A model generated the notes under the pieces. It did not search any database, was not told where the DNA came from, and worked only from the letters and a program-made list of their open reading frames with translations. This document shows positions 10,010 to 19,755 of a stretch of 63,875 bases of DNA, piece by piece. Position numbers and translations under genes: made by a program. The stretch covers positions 1 through 63,875 of the IMG/VR virus record IMGVR_UViG_3300023278_002646. One strand, given 5' to 3'. The stretch comes from a virus. Taxonomy: Duplodnaviria; Caudoviricetes. Positions within the stretch are counted from its first letter, which is position 1, and every line of letters starts with the position of its first letter.

Positions 10010-10920
10010 TAACACGGCTCCTCATTCTCAGTAGAGTATAGGTCTCTATTTAACTTAATCCTGCTGGCATTTGTTGTTATTGCCGAATCATTGATGTTTA
10101 GTTCTTGAATGACTTCCAAAGGAATCTCGCCGTCAAATAAAACATTCATAAAGTATTCAACATTATCCTGAGTTGAGCTAACTATCTCTGTGTCGCTTTC
10201 AGCGGTAAAGGACATTTGAGTATATCCCGTAGAACTTGATTGAAATACTTCTATTTCAAAGTTCTTTTTCTCAAAATTAGTATTTTCCTCAAGCAATTCT
10301 ATCATTAAATAGTTTTCTTTTAATGCCAAAAAGATATTCTCATCACCCAAGTATCCGGTAATAGAATCAGAAGTTATTTCCCCCTGCTTAAAATAAGTTT
10401 CATAATCAATGTTTATATCAATCTGTGGGATGTGCTCGATATATCCTTCATCACTTAAGTATCTTTGTGCCTGGGAGGCTGTCGGGTTTGATAAGACCTG
10501 TAGATTCCAAGCGGGAGCATACTTGATGTTTAAAGAAGAGCGACCTAATGGATACGCATCGATGGATCCTTTATCACCATAGGGCTGGCTCTTAAAGAAC
10601 TCGACATTATTAGCAGGATCTGATGTGTGTCCTCCAATAGATGAGTTAAACGAAGAAGAAATAGAATCTACAAACCTTCCTACACGAAGTTCTGCGCCTT
10701 CCCTAGTTGGATTGATTTTTAACTTTGGAGTGTTGCTTTGGATTCTTGGTTCGGCATCGTTCTGATCCTCTGTATATCCAGAGCCACTAACATCATACAT
10801 TACGTCATCGTCAAAGAAGGCGTAATAAGTTGGATTTAGTTGTCCTGCCGCGAGACGATCTCGTCCATAGTTGGTGAGCATAACCTCAAGAACTTCTTCT
10901 TTTTTGTTAAAAAACTCCAT
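10009..10920 (-). CDS. Virion structural protein, N-terminus related to 3684..4628
   Basis: 303 aa; EVMLTNYGRDRLAAG...YYAFFDDDVMYD parallels AVLTDLGRKRLA...FALGDDEIDY; translationally coupled. Confidence 0.65.
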   Translation of the reverse strand: MEFFNKKEEVLEVMLTNYGRDRLAAGQLNPTYYAFFDDDVMYDVSGSGYTEDQNDAEPRIQSNTPKLKINPTREGAELRVGRFVDSISSSFNSSIGGHTSDPANNVEFFKSQPYGDKGSIDAYPLGRSSLNIKYAPAWNLQVLSNPTASQAQRYLSDEGYIEHIPQIDINIDYETYFKQGEITSDSITGYLGDENIFLALKENYLMIELLEENTNFEKKNFEIEVFQSSSTGYTQMSFTAESDTEIVSSTQDNVEYFMNVLFDGEIPLEVIQELNINDSAITTNASRIKLNRDLYSTENEEPC

Positions 10921-13900
10921 TATGTATCATTTCCTACAGCTACTACTGGGGGACCGCCAGCAACATCTTTAGAAGCATACTGAACTGTTTCATCCATCTT
11001 AACTAGTTCGACCAATGAGAAGTAATCGTAGGGCCAGTTATATGAATAGTCGCCAATGTTGTCTTCGAAAGCAGAAGTGTCTTCTGTTACTAATGATCTT
11101 CTGTACTTCTCGAAAGATTTCTTGGCGCGCTTCTTAACCTTGAAAACAAGCCACTGAATATCCTCAGAGTTGTCAACGAGTAAATCAAGAACTTGCTTAT
11201 CATCGATAACTACTTCTTTTTGCTCGAACTTTTCATTAATGTTTGGCGGCAAGTTTTGCCACATATCAGCGATATCTTGCTGTGTTATCGTTGCCGAGAA
11301 CTCGAAAGCATACATCAATATTGGTTTAACTGTCGCATTCGTTACAAAGTCAAATTTTGGTGGGAATACATATTTCTCTAGTTTTTGACTAATGTTTTCA
11401 TACTCAACATTATCTTTCTTGATGCCAAAGAACTTTCTTCTATTGTTTACTGTCTTGAATGGAATCGCAACCACTGCTTCTTCAAGAACATTTTGCTTCT
11501 TAACTTCCCCTACTCGCTGTGGGATTCCCGTGTCTATTCCGACTACATCAGCCAAAGATTTAAAATCAGTAAAGTTAAATGTAGCATTGGATATACCGGC
11601 AGTTCCATCGGTTTTTTCAACCACATAGAATACACCTTCTTGTGAACCGGTCGGGATTATGCCGTATTGATGCCACATTCCTTTCACTTTTATCTGCTCT
11701 GCTGTTGAAAGTCCTCCACCGACAAAACTTCCCGTTGTTCTTGTGCTGTCAGCATTCGCAAAGTTTAATATTGGGGTTTCAAACTTTGGCTGAATTAACC
11801 AGCGCTTTTGAGGAGAAACTGTGCCTCGGGGAACTTCGGAATAATACTGTTTAAAATTAAAACATGAATCCATGTACATCGCTGTTCTATTGGGATATCC
11901 ATCTCTTGCTTGTCTAGAATATACAAAGTAGGTGTTTGATAATATCTCTTCTAGAGTCGGTACACCCGTAGTTTGTGCTGTATATACAAACTCTATATCT
12001 GCCGAACCAGACCAGTAAGGGGCAGTTACATGTGTAAAGTACGATCGCGTCTGGTTAGGGTTGTTGCCGCCTAGTGGGTACCCAAAGGCGCCTTCGCGGG
12101 AATACATATCAAAAGAACTCGTATCTACTTCTAGATCAGTAGTCAAAGTTCTAAACATTTTTAGACGCATTCTGTATTCTGATCCCGATACAACCGGCTC
12201 AAATTGGTCCTCTCTTTTGGAGGACATGCCCGACATTCCATTTGTGAAAAAGTTAGTTGTCTCACATAAGAAGTTGTCGATTGCTAGCTCGTAGAACTTC
12301 TTGCCGGCATTGATTTTCATGTATACATTTCCGGAGCCGCCACTATCAAGAAGTTCATCATTTGCTACGCCGGTGTCATACCAAGCTCCGGAGCCGGTTA
12401 TAAAGTTCTCGTTAAAATAGCTCAAAGGACGATATAGAGACTCAAAAGGCATCTTTTGGATGTAATAGCCGTTTGTGCCAGCGCTGGCTGGGTTGTTCGA
12501 TGAGAGAGAGATTTGTGCGCCGTAGTTAACTATACCCTCAAATAAACTCGTGTTTGTAGAGGAAGTAACCGGAATTGATTCATTGGCAGTAATATCTTTT
12601 GCGACAGTACCAGTATTGGCTAGGACGTAACTGCTTACACCAATGCCAGACTTGATCGTATTAAATAAGATACCCGGTGAAAATAATGGTTCTAAAAGTG
12701 TTCTATAAGATTGAGAGCGAGTCGCAGATCCGACATCAGACACCTCAGCATATGGAGCATAAGACCGCGAGAATAAGGACGCCAACTCTACTGTTCTTTC
12801 TGCCGGGTAGAATCCCTTATATGGTAGGAACTTAAGAAGAGCGTTACAGCGAAGAGAAACCTTATCTCTTTCGATCTTAAGAATCCCAGAACGTTGCTCA
12901 TTTAGATCCTCATCAATAACAGAGAAATACTTTAAGAAATCAGAGTTTGAATAAGTCTTGTAGAAATCAGTATGGGAACTATCACTGATAGCAGCCCCAG
13001 TCAGGCTAAACACATTATCAATATCAACTAAGAAATCGCCCTCATTATCTTCTACATAAGTCTCTATAAGTTCACTGATTCTAAACTCTGGGACTATTGA
13101 GTGATCCTTTCCTACCAAAGCAATCTTTTCAGCATATGTAGAGTAATCTTCATATGGCTTCTTGCCTGATTGCGTTCCTGCTTCCCAGAGAGCATCGCCG
13201 GCATAAACTTTATCGCCCCCTGCACTCGATGATCCCGCGGGCACGCGGGCAGCATAGGTTGCCGCTGGTCTAATATTTGCGACAGTTTGGAGACCAAATC
13301 TAGAATAAGAGTTCATGAGTTCACCAGCACCATCATCAGTCCTAACAGACGATGTTGTAGCAAAGTTTAAGTGACCATCAAGAGGCCAAGTTGAACTAGA
13401 ATTAATGGCTACTCCCTGTGAGTTATCTTCCCCGCCATATGTGACAGAGCGCTTGGTTCTATCATCATCCCAAATGTTTGTGATAGTAAAGTTTGTTCTT
13501 CTACGAACTATATCATCAAACATATTGATATCTGATGGATATAGATTTTCTGTGTATGAAACTGCTACGCTCATGCTGCTACTTAAAGTAAAGTCAAGTA
13601 TAGAGCGATAAGATTTAAGTCTGTCGACATTAGACTTTAATCCATAGAAGTTATTTAACTCATTGTGTGAGAAGTAATCGATCTCGTTTCTAAACGGAGC
13701 ATCAACAATAACATTGTTTGCTACATTAGAATCTGATGTGTTGTCTTCCAACATAAAGGTTATTGGAGAAGAGTTCATCGAGATAGGAGCTTCTGTGAAG
13801 TCAACAAACGTGTTTGGCTTCAATCCTAAACTTGGTCCATCTTTCAAATCAAGCAAACGTTTTGGCGGGACTAGATAACCAATCTGGTTTGTTTCTCTTA

Positions 13901-16900
13901 AGTTTCTCGCGACCTTTGTCTCACCAGCACGGATTTGCTTCCAAGTTGGGTATCCGTATGGTCCGTTACGCATTGTAGTTAGAACATTCAACAAATCGGC
14001 ATCGTTATCTAATGCTGATCCGTGCCAATAGTCTGCGTTAACATAAGCCGATACAGAGTTTGAATCAAGTGGGAAACCTATTGTGTGAGAAGAAGCGGTT
14101 ATTGGATCTACCAAAGCAGTTGTTAATCCAACAAATGTAGTATCTTCATATGTTCCTGATATGATTAGTTGACTTAAAGTGCTCGCACTAAAACAAGATG
14201 GTCTATCATTTCCATAGATAATCTGTCCCACTGCCAGAGAAGCTGTAACCCAGGAGTACTGCTGTGTAGAACGCGGGATAGCGTGTTGAACGAATAAGTT
14301 GTCAAATACTTCTTGTGTGAAATATCCCGCAGAGGCAGAGGCAATACGTCGTCGTCTGTTTCTGTTAGTCTTATGCCAAGAAGGAGTTGTAACATATGTG
14401 TTAGCCGGTACGGAACCATACGCTGCATCAGAACCAAATGGACCAGCGTGAAGTGTGGCTCTTTGATCAAGACCTCGATTCTTCCCAATCTGATCAACAA
14501 TCGTGACAGTTCTTCCAGCAGTTGGATCAACTGACGCAGAGCCGGATAAGCCATAGTTTCTAACAGAAAGGTTTCGGTAAGGTAATACATTGTATACAGA
14601 TAACTCTTCATGAGCAGGATCCATATAGCCCCGGGACATCACCTCGTAGCCGCAACCAGCGAACCGGTTAACAATGACAGTTTCATTTGAGTTCGCGCCG
14701 GTTCTGTTTGGAAGCTCGTAGTTTAGGTTGCCTCCTGTGTTTGCGTTATCTTCTCCGGTATCTATTATAGCATCGGCGCCGCCAGTGAATCCGGTTGCCC
14801 TTAAGTTTCCAGAGCTGTCATCTGTGATAGTTCCATTACCTAATACGCCACCAGCCCCTTGTACTATATCAATCGTATCGGCGCCGTTAGCGCTCGTGGT
14901 GCCGCCGTAAACAGTTCCAAAAGGAGAGTCATCTAAAGCGTCCTGAAGAATATCACGGGTAACCGTGAGTGAGCCTTTAACCTGCACAAGTATGGTTGGA
15001 TAACCTGAGAAATCAGTAGACGCTGTTGTAAAAAAGATTGCTATGTTTTGAACAACTCCATCATTTCTTAAAAACGGTATATCAAAGGCTTGAACGGATG
15101 ATGATGGAGGATTATTGAGAAGTCCAATAGTACCTGTCGCTTTTACAGCCGGTGACAATACTGCGTAATAAAGCGGAAAGCGCCCTCTTGTCGCTAGTGT
15201 CTCTGGATAAAGAGCAAAATCAAATGATTGATCTTGGAAAAACGGATCATTGATAGAACGACCTGCCGTCTGAATAACTTGATAGTTCTTCTGGTAGTTG
15301 CCGATTGCGTTGTGGGCTATTGTTCCCGACAATCTTGTGCCGGCAGAAGCAGTTGTCATTAAGATATTCTTAATATTAACCGCACGTTTTGCCGTTTCAT
15401 CTCTGAACCTCTGGGCTGTTGGTAGATCAGCCAACCATCCTAGGGGTGCAGAGCCGGCTGGAGAGTCCGCAAACGGATAGTTTGGCGGAACTATGCCTAA
15501 TGCTCCAACCGCACCAGACGGTATCTCAGCGCTTCCAGTGTCTAGTCCCAGAGTTAGGCGGAAGCCTTCTGCTCTGTTTTCGCGAGTGTCAGTGCCGGCA
15601 TTCAACTCTGTATGTCGATAATATCTTCCGCCAACAAACTTCTCTGTGAATGGACCCTGCAATGGAGTATCTGTATTATTAACAAAGTCATTGTGTAAGT
15701 TTGTGACAGTTACGCCTGACTTATATCCTGCGGATACTACTGAGTTGTATCCTGTTGTAACAGAAGAGCTATATAAGCTAAACGGGGCATACATATTGCC
15801 ATCAAATTTTAACTTATCGTTGTCGCCTCTGTTGATTGACGGGTTCAATCCAAAGCCAAGTCTTTGCTTGGCTTCCGGAGAGTATACGTCTGGTGTATCA
15901 ATCAACTCTTCCACATCCGTATCAAAGGACAACATAATATTTTTTGGAATATTAGATGTCGCTACAAGAGGACCATAAGGCTGTGTGGCTGCGAAAGCAA
16001 AATCAGGCTTGTTGCTTTGATGTCGTGATGTACCAGCGAGTGCCGTCTGCGCTTGTACAGACAGCTTAACTGGTGATCCAATCCTTCTGTTATAACCAGA
16101 ACGTACTGCGTCTAGAATGCCAGTTCTATCTGAGGATGTCGATTCTTTGCGATATCTTTGCCATGGTAGATTAGCATTTTCTTGATCTGCTGATTCATCC
16201 GGGGAGTGTAAGAACTTCCACCTTTTAGTTTGAAGATAGTTGGATGACCCAACCTGTCTCTTTGTCAATTTGGTGGCAGAGTTTATCCCAGAGCCTGCTG
16301 CTAAATCATGATGACTAGAATCTGATGGATACTCCCCATTAGGTGTATCAACAATCCCAGATACATCTGTTGCTCCCTTTTTCTCAAGGAAAGGAAATAT
16401 ATTTCTGTATTTTGATCTCTCTAGAATGTGGTTTTCTATAATAGTTTTTATATTATCGGAGAAATCGGCTGATGCTGGGACAAGCTGACCGAGCATCACA
16501 GACAAAGAAGAGTCAAACCACTTATAGAACTCATAGAACTTGTCAAAGTCTAGTTCATCGTTGCCTACCTTTTCAAAGAACTTCTGGCGCATAAACTTAA
16601 GTTGTTTATACTCGGGACGGAACCTTTCAACGGGATCTCCTATTAAGTTGTGAAGATCTTTAAGGTTTGCAAAGTAGTTGATAATCTCCTCAGAGATCGT
16701 CTGATACATGCTCTTTTCAAAAGCAAAGTAATAGTTTATCGGTCTTGACTCAGTTGTAAAGACATCTTGGTCTTCGGTTGATAGAACCTTAACCATATCC
16801 TCTGATTGCATGTTCTCTGGTAGATTAAGTTTAGAAGATACAACGTAATCTTTATCTATTGCTGTGGTGGAGGATGCCTTAAAGAAGTCACCCCTAGCAG

Positions 16901-19748
16901 TGTGTTGCTTGTTTAGGATATTTCCTAAATCACCAAATCTTGTAAAATCGGCTGACCCAGAACTAATGTCATCAACTACTAGTTGCCCTAGTGCATTAGA
17001 ACCAGTATTAGTTAAGAACTCCCAGTTAAATGTTAGAGTATCAAACTGTGTTACGTCTCCAAAAGAAGCTGATGGATTAAACGGGAAGGCATAAAGATGA
17101 GGCTGCAGTGCTCCATAGTTTTCAGTATCTAGCGAGTGTGCTGCTAAAGCTTCATCTGGAATATAATCAAGCCAATATCTACAAGCATTAACCTTTATAT
17201 CCGATGTCTCTAACACAGAACCGGTAAAGTTTGTTCTGTGTGCTCCAATATAAAATCTCTTGTTGTCGGTAACGAATGCTGCTGGTGGATTCGTTACAGT
17301 TCCAGAAACTGTGAACTGCTCTAGAATCTCTCCCGAATCGGTCTCAACGCCGTGAAGTTCAACAACGTAGTTTGTGTTAGTGCCGTCGACCAAACCTCTT
17401 AATGGATATTGTTCTGGCCTTATTCTAACTGAAAGGTTCCAAGTTGTGTTGTTATACACATCCTCATATAAGACAGACGATATTTCCGGCACGGATCCGC
17501 CAGCAGTGCCGGTTAATACAAACTTAACATTTGTAGAATCCAACTCATCTCTAACGGCATAAACTTGGAAGTTTGATGCGTCAGATGCAGCCCACGTTGT
17601 ATCAGATGCTGTATTTACTGCTGTATGAACGCCGAATAGTGATGCGCTTATAGTGTTAGTATTAACATAAACAGTTGAAGATTCGTCCAACTTAAGGGGA
17701 AATAGTATGTCTGCTTCCAATGTAGTAGCATACCCATCGGACAAACTTGTGCTAGACGTTACATAGCCAACAGAATTTGAATTTGAAGAATCCGTATAGT
17801 TGTATACTGTCGCAGATTTGTTCTCGGCAGTATTAAAGTTAGCAAACTTATCTGCGACGACGACGTTTCTTCTGTTGTTTCGCATTTCATACTGAACGTT
17901 GTCAGCATACATGTTAAGTTTTATAAGTTCGTCATCAATACCAAAGCAGCGAATCAAGTTTCTAAACGACTTTACTGTTCCCTTGGATTTGTAAATGTAG
18001 TTTAAGTTGTTGTAAATGTTCTGGTAGATAATGTTCTTTGTATCGTGTAAAGACTTTTCGTATACAAGATCTTCACTTCTATCGGCTAGTTTCTCAAGAA
18101 CATCAGCATCTAAGAAGATCTCTGGTGCCACAAAACCGTATGAGGATAATAGTTTTTCAGCAAATGGTAGTGGCTTATCACTCCCGCTAGGGTATTGAAT
18201 ATTCTTAAGTTGGTTTAAGTTCTCAATCTGAAGATGTAATGTATCAAAGTAACTGGAGATTATTTGCGTTAGATACTTAACATTCTTTGATCCCTCAACA
18301 TCTTCCTCTGTAATCCATGAAGGAATCGAGTTGTATATGGACGCATTGTTATTAACATCGTGAGCCGATCCAGAGGATTCCAATCCCGAAGATAATGACA
18401 CCACTTCTGGGTGGAAAGAGTAAATGATAGGATCTTTGAACTCACTTATGGCTGCGTTTGAAAGAACAATCGCGGAACCGGTGTTTCTAGAGTTAGTGGT
18501 GTAACCTGTCCAGGCACCATTCGAGAAACGACCAGAGTAATCCAAAACTGAACTATCAGTTGCTGTAACTCCCGTGATTCCTTCGTTAAACTTAAAGTAA
18601 ACTCCCAAGTCTACATTGGCAGATTCTTCTGTTGTTGTAAACGGCGTTGGATCGGTGTTGACTCCACCTCCAACTTGAGTAAACCAAAAGCGACCTATTT
18701 CCTTAGAAGAACGCTGCGTTTTCCAGTATCTAAGTTCGTCTACTGATCCAGATAACTTACCGGCGCCTACTGCTGCTGTTGAGCCGGAAGGCGAAGCAAT
18801 AAGAGCACCAATGTATGCTCTCAGGCTTGAACTATCCGTATCATCAATGCCGGAAGTCCCAAGAGTGCTTTCATTATTTAAATCTCCATCTACATAGAAT
18901 CTTGTAGTTACGCCACTTGATGCTGATTTGGCTGTTACAGCATAATGGTGCCAGTTACTATCAGCAACCGATGCTGTTGTAAATGTAGTTGCTGCAATAG
19001 ATTGCTGGTAGAATCCTGTTGAACCAGAGTAAATCGTAAGAAGAAATGGATCCAAACCATCTGTAGCGCCAGAAAGTTCTAATCTAAACCTAACATAATC
19101 AGCAGAAGATGAGTTTTCGCCATTCCAAAGATCGAAGAGAACTTCTTTTTCTGTGGAACTGGTGATAAAACTGGCTTTATTGAGCCAGAACTCCAAGGAA
19201 GCACCTTGGGTTGCTAAATCAATCTCTAAGTTTGAGACTCTGTTTTTATCTGGCTCGTAATAGTTAGAACCTGTGAACTGTGTAGAAAGCGGTGTGGAAC
19301 CATTTGGATTAGGGTTCGGACCACCTTTTACATAAATGTATTCTAAATCTCCAGATAATCCATACCCATCAGCGGTGGAAGCTTGTGTTCCCCAACCATC
19401 TGCTGAGATGATCGCATACCCGTTTGTTCTAGGGTATAGGTTGTCATAGATATGTAAATCAATGTAAGTAGATTCGTTTTGCCACTCAAGGCGCTCTCTT
19501 AATGAGCCATCGTATGGATATTCATTATATATTCTTTTAATGGCTTGATCATAGTATTCGACAGCCGAGCCATAACGAGCAAAGTTAGCAGGATCAGAAA
19601 AGTCTACCCTAGGGATATACCTTTCTTCCTCGATAATGTCTTGTACGTGATATTCAGCCGACTCTACTTGAGAGCCGATTTCTTCCGCTGTTTTACCTGA
19701 CAGAGACTTTATGTCTTCTGTTATCTCAAAATACTTTTTTAAGCTCAT
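10920..19748 (-). CDS. Giant baseplate/tail protein with LamG/concanavalin-like domain
   Basis: 2942 aa; LamG signatures SLEFWL, WHHYAVT, FYVDG, GSVDELRYW; baseplate-type IYKSKGT..SFRNLIRCFG motif. Confidence 0.75.
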   Translation of the reverse strand: MSLKKYFEITEDIKSLSGKTAEEIGSQVESAEYHVQDIIEEERYIPRVDFSDPANFARYGSAVEYYDQAIKRIYNEYPYDGSLRERLEWQNESTYIDLHIYDNLYPRTNGYAIISADGWGTQASTADGYGLSGDLEYIYVKGGPNPNPNGSTPLSTQFTGSNYYEPDKNRVSNLEIDLATQGASLEFWLNKASFITSSTEKEVLFDLWNGENSSSADYVRFRLELSGATDGLDPFLLTIYSGSTGFYQQSIAATTFTTASVADSNWHHYAVTAKSASSGVTTRFYVDGDLNNESTLGTSGIDDTDSSSLRAYIGALIASPSGSTAAVGAGKLSGSVDELRYWKTQRSSKEIGRFWFTQVGGGVNTDPTPFTTTEESANVDLGVYFKFNEGITGVTATDSSVLDYSGRFSNGAWTGYTTNSRNTGSAIVLSNAAISEFKDPIIYSFHPEVVSLSSGLESSGSAHDVNNNASIYNSIPSWITEEDVEGSKNVKYLTQIISSYFDTLHLQIENLNQLKNIQYPSGSDKPLPFAEKLLSSYGFVAPEIFLDADVLEKLADRSEDLVYEKSLHDTKNIIYQNIYNNLNYIYKSKGTVKSFRNLIRCFGIDDELIKLNMYADNVQYEMRNNRRNVVVADKFANFNTAENKSATVYNYTDSSNSNSVGYVTSSTSLSDGYATTLEADILFPLKLDESSTVYVNTNTISASLFGVHTAVNTASDTTWAASDASNFQVYAVRDELDSTNVKFVLTGTAGGSVPEISSVLYEDVYNNTTWNLSVRIRPEQYPLRGLVDGTNTNYVVELHGVETDSGEILEQFTVSGTVTNPPAAFVTDNKRFYIGAHRTNFTGSVLETSDIKVNACRYWLDYIPDEALAAHSLDTENYGALQPHLYAFPFNPSASFGDVTQFDTLTFNWEFLTNTGSNALGQLVVDDISSGSADFTRFGDLGNILNKQHTARGDFFKASSTTAIDKDYVVSSKLNLPENMQSEDMVKVLSTEDQDVFTTESRPINYYFAFEKSMYQTISEEIINYFANLKDLHNLIGDPVERFRPEYKQLKFMRQKFFEKVGNDELDFDKFYEFYKWFDSSLSVMLGQLVPASADFSDNIKTIIENHILERSKYRNIFPFLEKKGATDVSGIVDTPNGEYPSDSSHHDLAAGSGINSATKLTKRQVGSSNYLQTKRWKFLHSPDESADQENANLPWQRYRKESTSSDRTGILDAVRSGYNRRIGSPVKLSVQAQTALAGTSRHQSNKPDFAFAATQPYGPLVATSNIPKNIMLSFDTDVEELIDTPDVYSPEAKQRLGFGLNPSINRGDNDKLKFDGNMYAPFSLYSSSVTTGYNSVVSAGYKSGVTVTNLHNDFVNNTDTPLQGPFTEKFVGGRYYRHTELNAGTDTRENRAEGFRLTLGLDTGSAEIPSGAVGALGIVPPNYPFADSPAGSAPLGWLADLPTAQRFRDETAKRAVNIKNILMTTASAGTRLSGTIAHNAIGNYQKNYQVIQTAGRSINDPFFQDQSFDFALYPETLATRGRFPLYYAVLSPAVKATGTIGLLNNPPSSSVQAFDIPFLRNDGVVQNIAIFFTTASTDFSGYPTILVQVKGSLTVTRDILQDALDDSPFGTVYGGTTSANGADTIDIVQGAGGVLGNGTITDDSSGNLRATGFTGGADAIIDTGEDNANTGGNLNYELPNRTGANSNETVIVNRFAGCGYEVMSRGYMDPAHEELSVYNVLPYRNLSVRNYGLSGSASVDPTAGRTVTIVDQIGKNRGLDQRATLHAGPFGSDAAYGSVPANTYVTTPSWHKTNRNRRRRIASASAGYFTQEVFDNLFVQHAIPRSTQQYSWVTASLAVGQIIYGNDRPSCFSASTLSQLIISGTYEDTTFVGLTTALVDPITASSHTIGFPLDSNSVSAYVNADYWHGSALDNDADLLNVLTTMRNGPYGYPTWKQIRAGETKVARNLRETNQIGYLVPPKRLLDLKDGPSLGLKPNTFVDFTEAPISMNSSPITFMLEDNTSDSNVANNVIVDAPFRNEIDYFSHNELNNFYGLKSNVDRLKSYRSILDFTLSSSMSVAVSYTENLYPSDINMFDDIVRRRTNFTITNIWDDDRTKRSVTYGGEDNSQGVAINSSSTWPLDGHLNFATTSSVRTDDGAGELMNSYSRFGLQTVANIRPAATYAARVPAGSSSAGGDKVYAGDALWEAGTQSGKKPYEDYSTYAEKIALVGKDHSIVPEFRISELIETYVEDNEGDFLVDIDNVFSLTGAAISDSSHTDFYKTYSNSDFLKYFSVIDEDLNEQRSGILKIERDKVSLRCNALLKFLPYKGFYPAERTVELASLFSRSYAPYAEVSDVGSATRSQSYRTLLEPLFSPGILFNTIKSGIGVSSYVLANTGTVAKDITANESIPVTSSTNTSLFEGIVNYGAQISLSSNNPASAGTNGYYIQKMPFESLYRPLSYFNENFITGSGAWYDTGVANDELLDSGGSGNVYMKINAGKKFYELAIDNFLCETTNFFTNGMSGMSSKREDQFEPVVSGSEYRMRLKMFRTLTTDLEVDTSSFDMYSREGAFGYPLGGNNPNQTRSYFTHVTAPYWSGSADIEFVYTAQTTGVPTLEEILSNTYFVYSRQARDGYPNRTAMYMDSCFNFKQYYSEVPRGTVSPQKRWLIQPKFETPILNFANADSTRTTGSFVGGGLSTAEQIKVKGMWHQYGIIPTGSQEGVFYVVEKTDGTAGISNATFNFTDFKSLADVVGIDTGIPQRVGEVKKQNVLEEAVVAIPFKTVNNRRKFFGIKKDNVEYENISQKLEKYVFPPKFDFVTNATVKPILMYAFEFSATITQQDIADMWQNLPPNINEKFEQKEVVIDDKQVLDLLVDNSEDIQWLVFKVKKRAKKSFEKYRRSLVTEDTSAFEDNIGDYSYNWPYDYFSLVELVKMDETVQYASKDVAGGPPVVAVGNDT

Positions 19749-19755
19749 ACTTTAA

